Shown here: one piece after another, positions 24,396 through 36,858 of the stretch
Layout of the letters: each line of letters opens with the position of its first letter
How positions within the stretch are numbered: position 1 is the first letter of the stretch
Assembly (NCBI RefSeq): GCF_018350175.1
Contig: NC_058368.1
Coordinates: forward strand, 228,906,001 to 228,970,000
DNA length: 64,000 nt
Origin: Felis catus
Taxonomy: Eukaryota
Direction of reading: 5' to 3'
Position numbers and translations under genes: made by a program
Notes under the pieces: generated by a model
Database searches by the model: none
What the model saw: the letters and a program-made list of their open reading frames with translations, nothing else
Told to the model about the DNA's origin: nothing

Positions 24396-24827
24396 AACAA
24401 TTTAATTTCTAATGACTATCCATTTATAAATTTACACTTAAACATTTCTACAATTTCATCTTCAAAAAATATAAAAGAAAAATACAACAAAGTATTTTAA
24501 AAAAAAAAGCTATCAACTCAATTTTGTAATCCGGTTGAAAAGAAATGAAAAGAAAAATCAGTTCACTTACTGATCTTTGGACAAGAATTTTTAACAACAA
24601 AACATGGACATTTTTTTCAAACGAGAACCAAAATTTGATTCATAAGTAAATAGAACAGGTGTAAAATACTGAAAATTTTAAATATGTTTTGGTTGATGTT
24701 TAATTATACTATGCTTTGAGAAAATTATCTTTTATCTTTTATCCTGCAATAGTACGATAATTTTCAATTATATCTTTATAATTAATAACACGGATTTGGA
24801 ATATATGGATATCTGTTCAAGAATTCT

Positions 24828-25049
24828 TTTTTTTTTAATTTTTTTTAACGTTTATTTATTTTTGAGACAGAGAGAGACAGAGCGTGAACAGGGGAGGGGC
24901 AGAGAGAGAGGGAGACACAGAATCTGAAACGGGCTCCAGGCTCTGAGCGGTCAGCACAGAGCCCGACGCGGGGCTCGAACTCACGGACCGTGAGATCATG
25001 ACCTGAGCCGAAGTCGGCTGCTTAACCGACTGAGCCACCCAGGCGCTCC
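24828..25049 (-). mobile_element. CAN-SINE (SINEC_Fc-like, young)
   Basis: Perfect TSD tgttcaagaattct; CpG-rich. Confidence 0.97.
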
Positions 25050-25820
25050 TGTTCAAGAATTCTAACAGGACTTGAGTCACATATCTATCCCAATGAAGAA
25101 GGTTTTTTTGATATGTCAAAAATTAATTTTGTGTGTGTTTTTTTTTTTGGTCACTGTCCATTTATATTGACTATTATATTGACTATAAATTGCTGCTTTT
25201 ATAAAAGAAAGGAAATCTTATTTTCTTTTTATGGTCTAATGAAGTTGAAAAATACGGTATTCTATCTTAGTACTAGATCTGCGTGAATATAGAATAGTTC
25301 CTGAATTACAAATATAATTATTTCCTCAATGTTTTTGCAAGATATGAGACTGTGTATTATAATTGATCAATAAAAGTATTTAAATGTATTTTCTACAAAA
25401 TATTAACATTAATCCTAAAAACAACCAGTTAAACAAGTTGGATAAAGTAAACTCAGATTTGTATCTTACACAACACTCCAGAAGAAATTCCTAGTGAATT
25501 TAAAACTTTACCATAAACATAAAGAAGACAGTACTATTTTCATACATTTAAAGATAGAACTATGGAGGGAAGTACTGATGAATTTCACTACATAAATGAT
25601 TCTGCCTTAAAGATTTTTAATTTTTACAATACCTCTGCTTAAAAGTATTGGTAACTACAGAGCTTGATATTTATAAATCTGTGAAAACTCATTTGTATTT
25701 ACTATTTAGGATACTATAAGAAAAATATTTCAGTAGGGTGGGAAGAGAAAATACAGATTCAAGTCCCTTAATGTAGGCAGGCAGACGTCATTTTATTTCA
25801 CCTCAAGCATAATTGCCATC

Positions 25821-25920
25821 AGCGAAGAGCCTGATATGGGGCTTGAACTCATAGACCGTGGTCATGGTTTGAGCTGAGATGACGTCAGATGCTTAACTGA
25901 CTGAGCCACCCAGGTGCCCT
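25821..25920 (-). mobile_element. CAN-SINE 5' half (3' part deleted)
   Basis: ggggcttgaactca...tgagccacccaggtgccc. Confidence 0.9.
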
Positions 25921-25972
25921 TAACTTTTTCACTTTTATTATATCTGTTATGTTTATCTATGATCAATGTTCT

Positions 25973-26180
25973 TTTAATTTGTGTTTTGTTTATTTTTGAA
26001 AGAGAGAGGGACAGAGCATGAGCAAGACACGGGCAGAGAGAGAGGGAGACACAGAATCCCAAGCAGGCTCCGGGCTGTAAGCTGTCAGCACAGAGTTGGA
26101 TGCAGGGCTCGAACCCATGAACCGTAAGATCACGACCTGAGCCAAAGTCGGACACTTAGACTGAGCCACCCAGGGGCTCC
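25973..26180 (-). mobile_element. CAN-SINE nested in Tigger1
   Basis: TSD atcaatgttcttt on both sides. Confidence 0.95.
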
Positions 26181-27454
26181 TAATCAATGTTCTTTGAGGT
26201 TACTATTGGCATTCTTTTGGGGTGCACCCAAATAAAATGGGGAACTAGTAAATGTTTTGTGTGTTCTAACTGCTCCATTGATAGGCCATTCCCTTGTCTC
26301 TATTCCTCACCTCAGGCCTCCCTATTCCCTGAGACACGATAGTATTGAAAATAGGCCAGTTAATAACCCTAGAGGGGCTTCTAAAAGCTCAAGTGAAAGA
26401 GGGTCAATCAATGAGGCAAATTTCATTTCTGTCTTAAGAAAGGGCATAGCCACCCCAACCTTCAGCAACCACCACCCTGATCAGTCAGCAGCCATCAGCA
26501 ATGAGGTAAGACTTTCCATCAGCCAAGTGTATATTTCAACATGAAACTATGCTTCTGTTGATTTGGGCTGAAAATGACTAGTGAAAATAAAAATCAAAGA
26601 GTGGTGATTGGTACAAGGCTGATGAAGAAGGAAGACAAAATCTTATGATAACACAAGGATTTTGAGAATTGAGCATGTGTGGTAGTTCTGGAGAATGTTA
26701 ATGAAGGGAAAGGGACACTGGAGGTCAGAGGTTGGGGCCATGAGAGTACAAGATGAGATATTGTGTTATGTTAGGTTCACTGTGGGACAAAACATAATCA
26801 TGCAAAATGAACACATAAACAGATACAGTAGAAATCAGTATACCCTACCACTTTGCCTTGTTAATCAAAAAAATGTTTCATGCATTTTGCTGTAGAGAAT
26901 AAATATGTGGTTTAAAAGCAACTTATCTTTAATTATGTGTGTACATTTAAGAACTCCCTATAGAGAACACTGTTTTTAAACATTATTGTCCTTAGCATTT
27001 GACAGTAACATTCAATCATTATTATGACAATGAACATCTACCTTCTAATTTTATAGCAATTATGGCTACTATGATTCAACCTATTATGGCAGAGACATTC
27101 ACAAGCTAAAAAGAAATAAAATGTGTCCTACCATTGTGTGCTTATATATGTTACTTTTTGTTTATCACATAATTACATTGACACATTTCTTTGATAAAAA
27201 GATGTGGCTTCCAGCTACTTCCTATTGTGATCATATAATTAACACAAGAAATGAAACATATTTTCTTCACATCAAATATATTTATAACAAATGTTTAAAC
27301 CTATACTTGTCCAATATTTTAGATGTATTTGAGACTGAGTAATATGTTACCATATATAAGGGCATACAAGATTAAAATAAGATTATTGTTAATAATAATG
27401 TATATGTACAAATTACAGAGCTACTTTTTCATATCAGATACACAGCTTTTTGAA

Positions 27455-27750
27455 AGTACTATATTTTTAGAACAAATTTGGATTTAGAAGAAAAATTGAA
27501 AAGATAATACTGTTTCCATATATTCTGTCATTCAGTTGCCGTTTTATGACTAACATATTACTATGGTACATTTGTTACAATTAATGAAACAATATTGCTG
27601 CATCATTATTAAATGCATCCACGTTTTCTTGAGCTCTCCTTAGATTTTACCTAGTGTGTTTTTCTCAGTGCCAGGATTCTATACAAAGTACCACACTATA
27701 TTTACGTGTCATGTCTCCTTTATGCTCCTTTTGGCTGTGACAATTTTTCA
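27455..27750 (-). mobile_element. L1MC-like 3' end
   Basis: tatggtacatttgttacaattaatgaaacaatattg, gtcatgtctcctt, ggctgtgaca typical of the antisense L1MC 3'UTR. Confidence 0.75.
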
Positions 27751-27784
27751 CAGATGGCTTTAAAGGTGAATTCTACCAAGTAAT

Positions 27785-28009
27785 GGGGCGCCTGGGTGGC
27801 GCAGTCGGTTAAGCGTCCGACTTCAGCCAGGTCACGATCTCGCGGTCCGTGAGTTCGAGCCCCGCGTCGGGCTCTGGGCTGATGGCTCAGAGCCTGGAGC
27901 CTGCTTCCGATTCTGTGTCTCCCTCTCTCTCTGCCCCTCCCCCGTTCATGCTCTGTGTCTCTCTGTCCCAAAAATAAATAAACGTTGAAAAAAGAAAATT
28001 AAAAAAAAA
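27785..28009 (+). mobile_element. CAN-SINE, youngest subfamily in window
   Basis: ggtggcgcagtcgg...cttcagccaggtcacgatctcgcggtccg; intact A/B boxes; 21-bp perfect TSD aaaggtgaattctaccaagta. Confidence 0.98.
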
Positions 28010-28779
28010 AAAGGTGAATTCTACCAAGTATTTAAAAGAAGCAGTAATGTCAGTTTTTAAACTCTTCTAACAAACAGAATTGGGTGGAACACTTACTAAC
28101 TCATTCTATGAAGGTAGCATTACCCTGATACCAATGACATAAAAAGACTCCACGAGAAAAGAACATGACAGATCCCTTATGACTGTAGATGCAAATATCC
28201 TCAAATATAGTAGCAAACTGAAATCAGCAGCATATTAAGAGAATAAAACACCATGACCAAGTGGGGTTTATTCAAAGAACGCAAGCGTGGTTCAACATAA
28301 ATACATAACCTTAATGTAACATACACCTCAGTAGGAAACAAAACCAAAAGTGTGTTCATCTTCATTCATGCAATAAAATGATTATAACAAGTCTTATAAT
28401 AAAACAATTATAATAAAAATAATTTTTATAATGAAAACAATAACTAGGAATAGAAAGACATTTCCTCAACATGATAAAAGGCTTTTATAACAAAACCCAC
28501 AACTAACATCATACACAGCTTCCCTCACTAAGTTCAGGAATAAGACAAAGATACCCATTTTACTCACTTGCTTTCAACACTGTACTAGATAGTGAAACCA
28601 GATCAATAGGAAGAAAGACAAATAAAAGCTATACAGTTGGACAGGAAGTAGTACATTTATTTCTACTCACAATTAATATGATATTATGCATAGAGAAACC
28701 AAAAGAAGACACAAACACATCTATAAAGGATATTAATAAAGTTCCATTTATAATACCATCAGAAATAACACTATACTTT

Positions 28780-28968
28780 AGGGACGCCTGGATGGCTCAA
28801 TCAGTTGAATGTTTGACCTTGGCTCAGGTCGCGATCGAGCCCAGCGTCGGGCTCAGTGCTGACCGCTCAGAGCCCGGAGCCTGCTTGGGATTCCGTGTCT
28901 CCCTCTCTCTCTGCCCACACCCCCACTCTTGCTCTCTTTCTCTCAGAAATGAATAAACATTAAAAAAT
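28780..28968 (+). mobile_element. CAN-SINE nested in L1
   Basis: gggacgcctggatggctc head, (CT)n, A tail. Confidence 0.9.
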
Positions 28969-29813
28969 ATATATTTTGCTTAGAAAAAATGCAATCAAGG
29001 AAGTAAAAGACACGTACAATGGAAACTACAAATCACTGCTAAAATAGATTAAGAACAAAAATAACGTGAAAGTTACCCCCTGTGTATGCGTTCAAATATT
29101 AACATTGTTAAGGTGGCAACATCCTCCAAGATGATTTACATATTCAATACAACTCCCATGAGAGTCCCAATGGTCCTTTTTTTCAGAAGTAGGAAAGCTA
29201 TCCTAAAATTCGTATAAAATTGCAAGTTACCCTGAGTAGAAAAAATCATTTTTGAAAACAACAAGATTGGAGGACCCACACATCTACTGACAGAAATCCA
29301 AGCAGTGGCACTGGTTTAGGATAGACCTATAAATCAATAGATCAGAATTGAGAGTGCAGAGAACAACCATACATCTTGGACAATAGGTTTTTTACAAGGG
29401 TGCCAAGACCATCCAACTGGAAAAGAATACTCCCTTCAGTGCTGGAACAACTGGAGAGCAACATGCAAAGAAGAATGAAGTTAGACCCACATGTACTAAA
29501 TACTGCAATCAACTCAAAGTAGATCAAAGACCTAAATATAAGAATTAACACTACATAACTCTTAGTAGGAATCCTAAGGCTAAATATTGTGACTTTGGAA
29601 GTGGCGATGGTTTCTTAGACATGACGTCAAATGGACAGAAAGAATAGGTAATTTGGACTTCATCTGAATTAACCTTTGTGCATGGAAGGATACCATTCAG
29701 TTAGTGAAAAGTATGAATAAGTTTGAAATAATGTGATATTAATTACAAAAAGAAGGTTGATAAAAAAATATATGCTGACTAAAAGGACAGTGCCTTTTAA
29801 AATAGATAATACA

Positions 29814-30003
29814 TTTTTAAGTCTATTTATTTATTTTAAGAGAGAGAGAGAGAGAGAGAGAGCAAGCTGGGAAGGGGCAGAGAAGAAGAGAGAGAATCCC
29901 AAGCAGGCTGATGTGGGGTTCAATCCCACGACTGTGAGATCATGACCTGAGCTGAAATCAACAGTTGGATGCTGAACTGACTGAGTCATTCAGACATCCC
30001 CCC
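29814..30003 (-). mobile_element. CAN-SINE (older)
   Basis: gagagaatcccaagcaggct, gagatcatgacctgagctgaaatca; degenerate TSD aaatagataatacatttt / aaataaacaatgcatttt. Confidence 0.9.
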
Positions 30004-31009
30004 AAATAAACAATGCATTTTAAAATAAACAATATAGTACCTGAGCTTATTTATGGGTAGATATATTACAGATATATTCTTATACAATGGCAAAACAAAA
30101 AAAAAAAACATTTAAGGAAAACTATACAGCACGTTCACAACAATGTTTTCCCCAGAAAAAGAAAGAGGAGATTTGGTTGTAGAGATTTGGGAAAGCTCGA
30201 ATACATTTGTAACTGTTTTCCTTATAATAATTAAAAATAAAAAATGTAAAGTTAAATATAGCCCAGGATGGGGCTGTTTCTCATGTTATTCTTCTCAGTT
30301 TCCTATATTTTTAAGCATCTCCAAAATAGATGTATGTTTTTAATGAGAAAAGTGTCTTATAGAAGTGGCTTTTGTTTCCTCTGCAGAAACATCAATAATA
30401 TAAAAATTATTAAACAAGAAACTATACGTATATTCATATTCTATACATTTTGCAACTAAATATATTTACTAATGTTAAAGATAAGTATATCATTTTATAT
30501 GTATTTTAGACATAGAAGTTTATAGCTTTTATATTCAATTAGCAAAGGACCATATGTGCAATATTGAAAATAACAAAAATCATTTTTGTGGTTAGTCAGG
30601 TTAGTTATGTACCCTTAGGGTCACCCTGCTAGGAGAAATCATGGTGGCTTAGTGTTCTCTAGTTTGCGAACTTGTTAAATTGCACTCGAGGATCTTAAAC
30701 CTGTATTCCATGGATTTTCTTATCCAATAGTTTCCTTTGGTAAATAAAGTCTGGTGAATTGGAACATCTATTACCTGCTTTCCTTGAAACTGAATGGATT
30801 ATTAAACAGTTCTTTCAAAAATCACAGCAACAAATACTGTTTATTTCATGGGACTTAAACCCTGATTTTTTTAAACTAAGCAATCTCTTTATCTTGATGA
30901 TAGTAAGTATTGTGGGTTATATAAACATACAGAAAAAGTTAAAAATTCAGGCAGGTGTTTATAATGGCTCATGTCTAATTTGTGGAATATTTAATTTTGT
31001 GGCTCTACA

Positions 31010-31232
31010 TTTTATTTATTTTTTATTTTTTTAATCTTCATTTTTATTTTCAAGAGAGACAGAGTGTGGGCAGGGCAGGGGCAGAGAGACAGAGGGAGAC
31101 ACAGAATTCCAAGCAGGCTCCAGGCTCTAATCTGTCAGCACAGGGCCCGATGAGGATTCGAACTCACCAATTGTGAGATCATGATCTGAGCCAAAGTAGA
31201 TGCTTAACTGACCGAGTCACTCAACAGCTCCC
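31010..31232 (-). mobile_element. CAN-SINE
   Basis: ggagacacagaattccaagcaggctccaggctc. Confidence 0.92.
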
Positions 31233-31694
31233 TAAGTTTTCTTTTAAATTGATATATAAGATTACCACAATCTACATTCCAAGACAGCTGTCTTATCCAC
31301 ACACTTGTATATATTACTACATATATACTGTGGACCTCCAATGATACATTATTGAAAGAATATTCAAACTTCTCATATTCAGAAAGATTCGTAATCCACA
31401 TAGAATAGACCTTTTTCTTCCCAATCTTTAGGCTCAAGGCGTATTTTAAGTGAAACAAATGGTTGATGGAAGTATGATTGGAATAGCTTGTAAGGAGCCA
31501 TAAATAATGATGAATACAGACAGATATAAAGGAGAAAATTATTTTTCTGAGGACTTATATCAAGCTAGGCATGTAATCTGGGGGTCATTTGTTGAAATAA
31601 CTTGTATTTAAAATACTCTTGAACTACTCCAAAAAGCTCCTCTAAATGGAAATAAAACTATGAGGTCAGTTTGGAAGGTACTAATATTTCAGTT

Positions 31695-31805
31695 CATTAA
31701 ATTCATTTAGAATATTTACCAAGAACCTATTATTGGTTTGATATCATGACAGACCCTGCAGTAGACAACAGTGGGCAAAACACTCCTCTTTCAAGGACAC
31801 TGCAG
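31695..31805 (-). mobile_element. L2 3' end fragment
   Basis: attcatttagaatatttaccaagaacctattat...acagtgggcaaaaca. Confidence 0.5.
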
Positions 31806-32834
31806 CCACTCCCTCATAGTGCACTTGAAGGCTGTCGTGAAATCATCAGACTTCTAGCATTAAATATTGTGTCCAACAAATATTACAAGAAGGTCTCTCT
31901 ACCTTCTTGTAAAATTCATGGCCTCCTATTTACTCATGCGATCTGACAATAAGTGGATTGGTTTTTCGGAACCCTGAACCATAACATAAATAAAAACTAA
32001 TGTCAAAACATACACAAGGATGAACCAATGCATTATAGCAGATAGGTAGCTTCGAAACAAGAGCTCCCCCATCAAGTGGTGACAAAAACACTCAGCAATA
32101 GGTATGTCCTAGGCAAAAAGGGATTGCTCTAACTTTCAGTATGTTTGGGGAAATCTTAGTTAAAAACAAAAACAAATTCTTAAGTGCCTTTAGTAGGCTA
32201 GGGGATGTTGAGGGTCTCAAAATTCAGTGGTATTTTTTTTTTTCCACAAAAGTATTTTAGATCCCTAGCCTGCTGGTTTTTTTGTTTGTTTGTTTGGTTT
32301 TTTTTTGTTTTGTTTTGTTTTGTTTTGCTTTTAAATTATCTGTTCTAAGTTACAAAGTGAATGGCAATCACTCATTCAGTTTTGTTTTTCTGTGTATGTA
32401 TGTCTTACATCTTTCATTTTTAACCTTGTTTTGCTTTGCTGTGATTTTGTGTTTCTTCTTATTGCTGTAGCTTTGCTGTAAATTCAGATCTTAAGTTTGT
32501 GGATCCTTTCAAATCCATCTTGTCTGGAACAAAGTCTTGGGAACATTTTAAATACTTAGCCCGTTCCTTACAGTATTTCCATCTTAACATCGAATTATCC
32601 ATATATCTGGTTTGATATACCTGGCTTTGCGTTACTGATAGTGAATGTCAAACCATTAGGGCCAAAGAGCAAGCTTCAGTGGGCCACTAAACGTGTTTGT
32701 TGCATTTTGACAGGAAGGAGTTAACGGACAGCCTTTCTGTAGTTTGGGGAAGGTGTGTGCATGCCTATTATTTCCATGTTACCCTGCTAGTAATCTTCCG
32801 TCTTCTTCTCCACAGTATAGGTTCTCTTATACTA

Positions 32835-33820
32835 CAAGTTGAGTACTACAAATGTGGCATGCCATAAACAAAAATTAAAAATGTGAAATTAGTTTTGACA
32901 CCAAACGGCATGTGGGCCATGAACAGCGATGAATAAGTTACTGGCAAAGGCTGCAAAATCGGTGCAAACAGGGTCATTGGTTTCTGGGAAAATGACATCT
33001 GTAGTAGTGAAACAGGTGCCAGAACTATTTCGTGCATTAACTTAGCAGATACACAATGTGTGGAGGAAATTTGGATTTGGTTAAAGGTAGATTGAGGTAG
33101 ATTGTTCAAAGCATCGGCTGGGTGCACCTAGCTGAGCCTGACAAGGTATCGCAAGATAAAGATAAGCTAAACAAAGAACTGGAGTTTTTAGGCGGAATTT
33201 AAAAGGAATCACTGGGGCCAGTTGTGCTGGATTTCAAACTACTGTTTTTAATGTCTCGTTTTCCAGCCAATAAAAACATTTTGAAAAGAAACAATGCAAA
33301 TGGAGAAAGAGGAAAACAAACAAGCAAACAAACAAGAGCTTGGTGGTATGTTTCTTTGAAATAAGATGGTAAGTGTCCAGAAAGAAAAGGTTAGTGTGGT
33401 TTTTGGTATAGAATGTGAGCATCACTCAAATCAGTGCACACAAATTTAAAAATTTTTTGAGAACCTATGGCTAAAATCACTACTGACTTGGCTAAGATTG
33501 TCTGAGATAGATCAAATGGCAAAAAATGTCTTGGGGACGTGAATCTTGTGTAAACAAAAAGCAGGCTACTCATAAAGAAATACAGACCAATTCTCTGGTA
33601 AGAGGCAACATCATCTAGGAAGGCAGAGCCGAGAACCATGGAGAAAGCCATGATGAACAATGAGTTAGAAAACCATTATCTAGAAGAATTATAGATATTC
33701 TGGGAAGTTATTTTCAGAGGGCAGAACTGGATCCTAATCAAGGAACATTCTGGTCCTGTTTAAGCAACTTGGGAAAATTTTCCCTGTGTAATTTCAGGCG
33801 TTGCTCTGGACCAATGACTG
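32835..33820 (+). mobile_element. MaLR internal (MLT1-int-like) remnant
   Basis: aaaaattaaaaatgtgaaattagttttg, ctgacaaggtatcgcaaga, cagaactggatcctaatcaagg, gctctggaccaatgactg resemble old MLT1-int. Confidence 0.55.
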
Positions 33821-34813
33821 ATACATATATAGATTTGCTGTAAGCATTAAATAATTTCCTGTGCAACATTCTTAAACTAATGGCTGCCACTGTCACATGC
33901 AAATGAAAGTATTGCGTTAATTGGTGGTCATCGTTCTTATAAGTGAAAGTGCCCAGTCAGATGTTACAGTCCTAAGCAATATTATATCTCTGATGATAAG
34001 ACCAATTTATTTCACTAAATTTCTTAAAAAGCCTACAAATTAACCTTGTACAAATCAAGGTTGTGTGTGTGTGTTTTATTTCAGAATTCAATCTTCCTCA
34101 AAAGCAAGAAATTTTCACTAATGAATGCATCTAAATGTGATTTCAATTACAATTACATGCACACACGAACACTCAGATACAGTTAAGAGGCAAAAAATAT
34201 TTAGTAATATTCAAACTAAAATTTCCATCATGTAAGTCACTTTATAAGGATGTATTTGATATTAAAAAATTACTTACTCTGGAGTAAAACGTCCTGAGAA
34301 TTAGGTATCTAATAAGATTTCATGCACTATAGGACAATCGCAGGACAATATGCAGTAAGTTGAAGCTTAATTTGATCAGCATAATTAATATGTAAAAAAA
34401 TATTGCTTGATGTTCTGTGTAAGATGGTTCATTTCCAACTTTTGTCTTTATTGATTTACACCCTCAAAGTGTTAGATGACAGAAAATTTCCAAATAGCAT
34501 TTTATTACATTAAAATTGTGCAAAGAAATAAAAAAAAATCAAGGACAGCTTTCACAGGAAAATGAAATATGGTGGTCATAAGTAGGTTGGATGGATGATT
34601 AAAATCACACATAAATCAGCAACTGACTATGATTCAGAAACTCCAGTGGCAGAAGCATGTTTCTAAGTATTGAGTTTGTTTCCGTTGGTTGTTCATACAT
34701 GGTAGAGTGAGTGTGTTTCCATCAGTTGTCCATACAAGGAAGAGTGATGATTAGGAAGCAATCAATAAGCAAGAGATGAAACTATATTGGTGATGCATTT
34801 CAAAAATATTGGA

Positions 34814-35021
34814 GAGGAGCCTAGGTGACTTAGGTAAGCATCGGACTTGATTTGGGGGCGGGGTGGGAAGTCATCTCTCAGTGGTGAGATCCATCCTTAC
34901 CTCAGCCTGCGTGGTGGTTGCTGGGTATGAAGACTGCTTGAGATTCTCTCTCTTCTTCTCCCTACCTCTGTCCCTCTCCTGCTCACATGTGTGCTGGCTC
35001 CTGATCTAAAGATTTAAAAAA
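34814..35021 (+). mobile_element. CAN-SINE (old, diverged)
   Basis: gagcctaggtgact head, ctgcttgagattctctctc; TSD aaaaatattgga / aaaaagattgga. Confidence 0.8.
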
Positions 35022-35184
35022 AAAAAGATTGGAAATGCATCAGGGAGACCAGGGTTGAGAAATACAATTGCAATCATACATTGAATTCTTCTCAGGAATT
35101 ATATTCTCTGTCTCCTACATATTTAAATTCATTCATAATCACAAAAACATTCTATAATTGATCCCTTCTTAAAAAAACATTCCT

Positions 35185-35313
35185 GGGGTGCCTGGGTGGC
35201 TCAGTTGGCGAAGCGTCCAGCTCTTGATATCAGCTCAGTTTTTGGTCTCGGGGTTGTGAGTTCAATCCCAGCATTGGACTCTATGGTGGGTGTGGAGCCT
35301 ACTTAAAAAAAAA
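35185..35313 (+). mobile_element. Short (CT-less) old CAN-SINE
   Basis: ggggtgcctgggtggctcag...gtggagcctacttaaaaaaaaaa with no (CT)n region. Confidence 0.9.
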
Positions 35314-36297
35314 ATCCTGACTCTAATTTCCCCTTTAAGTTACCACTACTTTGTTGCCACTCTCATTTACTAAATTTCTTCATAATAATCTATAATCTTA
35401 GTATACAATCTCCATTGCTCATTTACTCCTATAAATCCAATTATGCTTCACCTCCACCATATGATCACAAGTACTCCTATGACCTCTGGGTTGAAAATCC
35501 AAAGGTTAATTGTCCATCATCCAGTCTTACTTAACTACCAGTATATTTGAAACAGTTGATTGTTGCATCCAACTAAAATAAATACCTTCTTCACTTGGCC
35601 TCCACGGTATCACATACCTGATTTTATCTATAGACCTTCATCTTTAGCCCACTCGACTGGCATCTCTCTTCCTCATGATCATAAGCTTCAAAGTGTCCAA
35701 GGCTCAGTTCTTAGATATTTTCTTTTTATCACCTAACTCCCTTCATTGATCATCTCTCGTCCAGTCCAAAGTCTTTAAATATCATCTACGTATTGATAAC
35801 CCCAAAATTTATACCTCCAGTCTGAACTTCTTTTCTGAATTCCAAGCTTGCATATCCATTTGACTTCTTGACATTTCCACTAGTTGACTATAAAGACCTG
35901 AAACTGAATATGTCCCAGACTAAGTCCTAATCAATCCTATTGTTTTTTGAGTATGCTTTCTCTGTGGCTTCTCCATCTCTGTCAATGTATACTGCCTTCT
36001 TTCTAGTTGCCTAGGGCCAAGGCTTTGACTTCTCAGTTTCTCGTGTAACTATAATTTAATATATCCCTAAATCCTGGCAGCTCCTCCTAGAATACATCTA
36101 GACTATAGCCACTTCTAGACACTTCTTGGCTCTCACTCTTGTCTGAGCCGTTATAGTCCACTCCTGAATTATTGCATCCATGCTCTAATTGACCTTTTTA
36201 AAGCTCCATCCACCATAGAGCCTATAGTCCATTAGCAATCAGTGATTCATTCCCCACATAAGTGACCAATTGTCTTCTGAAAACCTTCAACACATCT

Positions 36298-36858
36298 GTA
36301 TTATTTGTTTATTGCAGGGGACAAATCTTCACAAATGTGGTGGCTATAAACAACACCTATTTACTATCCCACATTTATTATTTGTGTGGACCAGGAGTCT
36401 AGGCACTGCTTAACTGGGTCTTCTGCTTCAGGGTCTCATGAGGCTGTAATACTGGAGTTAGTCATAGCTGCAGTTCTATCTCAAGGATCCACTGGGGAAG
36501 CATTTGCTGCCAATTTCATGTGTTTCTTGGCAGCATTAAGTTCCTTGAGAGCTTCGTGGCTAAGGCCACAGTCTCTGGTTGGCTGTCAACCAGATGCCTC
36601 CCACAGTTCCTAACTGTTTGTTGGCTAGAGACAACCCTCAGCTCCTTGCCATCTGGGCCTCCCCACCATGATCACTTGTTTTATTCAATTCAACAAGGGG
36701 GAAGCCTACCAGAAAGACAGATTCTCCAAGTTGATGTAACACAGTCATTCTATACTGTATTCTCTGGTGTAGAAGCAAGTCGCAAGTTGAACAATCCCTG
36801 CCTATACTCAAGGATACACACGGATAATAGGGGGCCATCTTCAAGTATGCCCACTGTA
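36298..36858 (-). mobile_element. MLT1E/F-like MaLR LTR nested in L2
   Basis: caggagtctaggcactgcttaactgggtcttctgcttcagggtctca, gggggccatctt end. Confidence 0.8.

Larger units (their letters stand above)
25778..26528 (+). mobile_element. Tigger1-derived non-autonomous DNA transposon, interrupted by two SINEs
   Basis: 5' TIR-like caggcagacgtcattttatt; gcctccctattccctgagacac, ggccagttaataacccta, ccaccccaaccttcagcaaccaccaccctgatcagtcagcagccatca are Tigger1 hallmarks. Confidence 0.85.
27751..29710 (+). mobile_element. Old L1 ORF2 remnant (RT region onward, many stops and deletions), interrupted by two SINEs
   Basis: cagatggcttt...gaattctacca, aactcattctatgaagg, cattaccctgatacca, agatgcaaatatcctca, ccatgaccaagtgggg, gatcaaagacctaaat. 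Confidence 0.9.
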
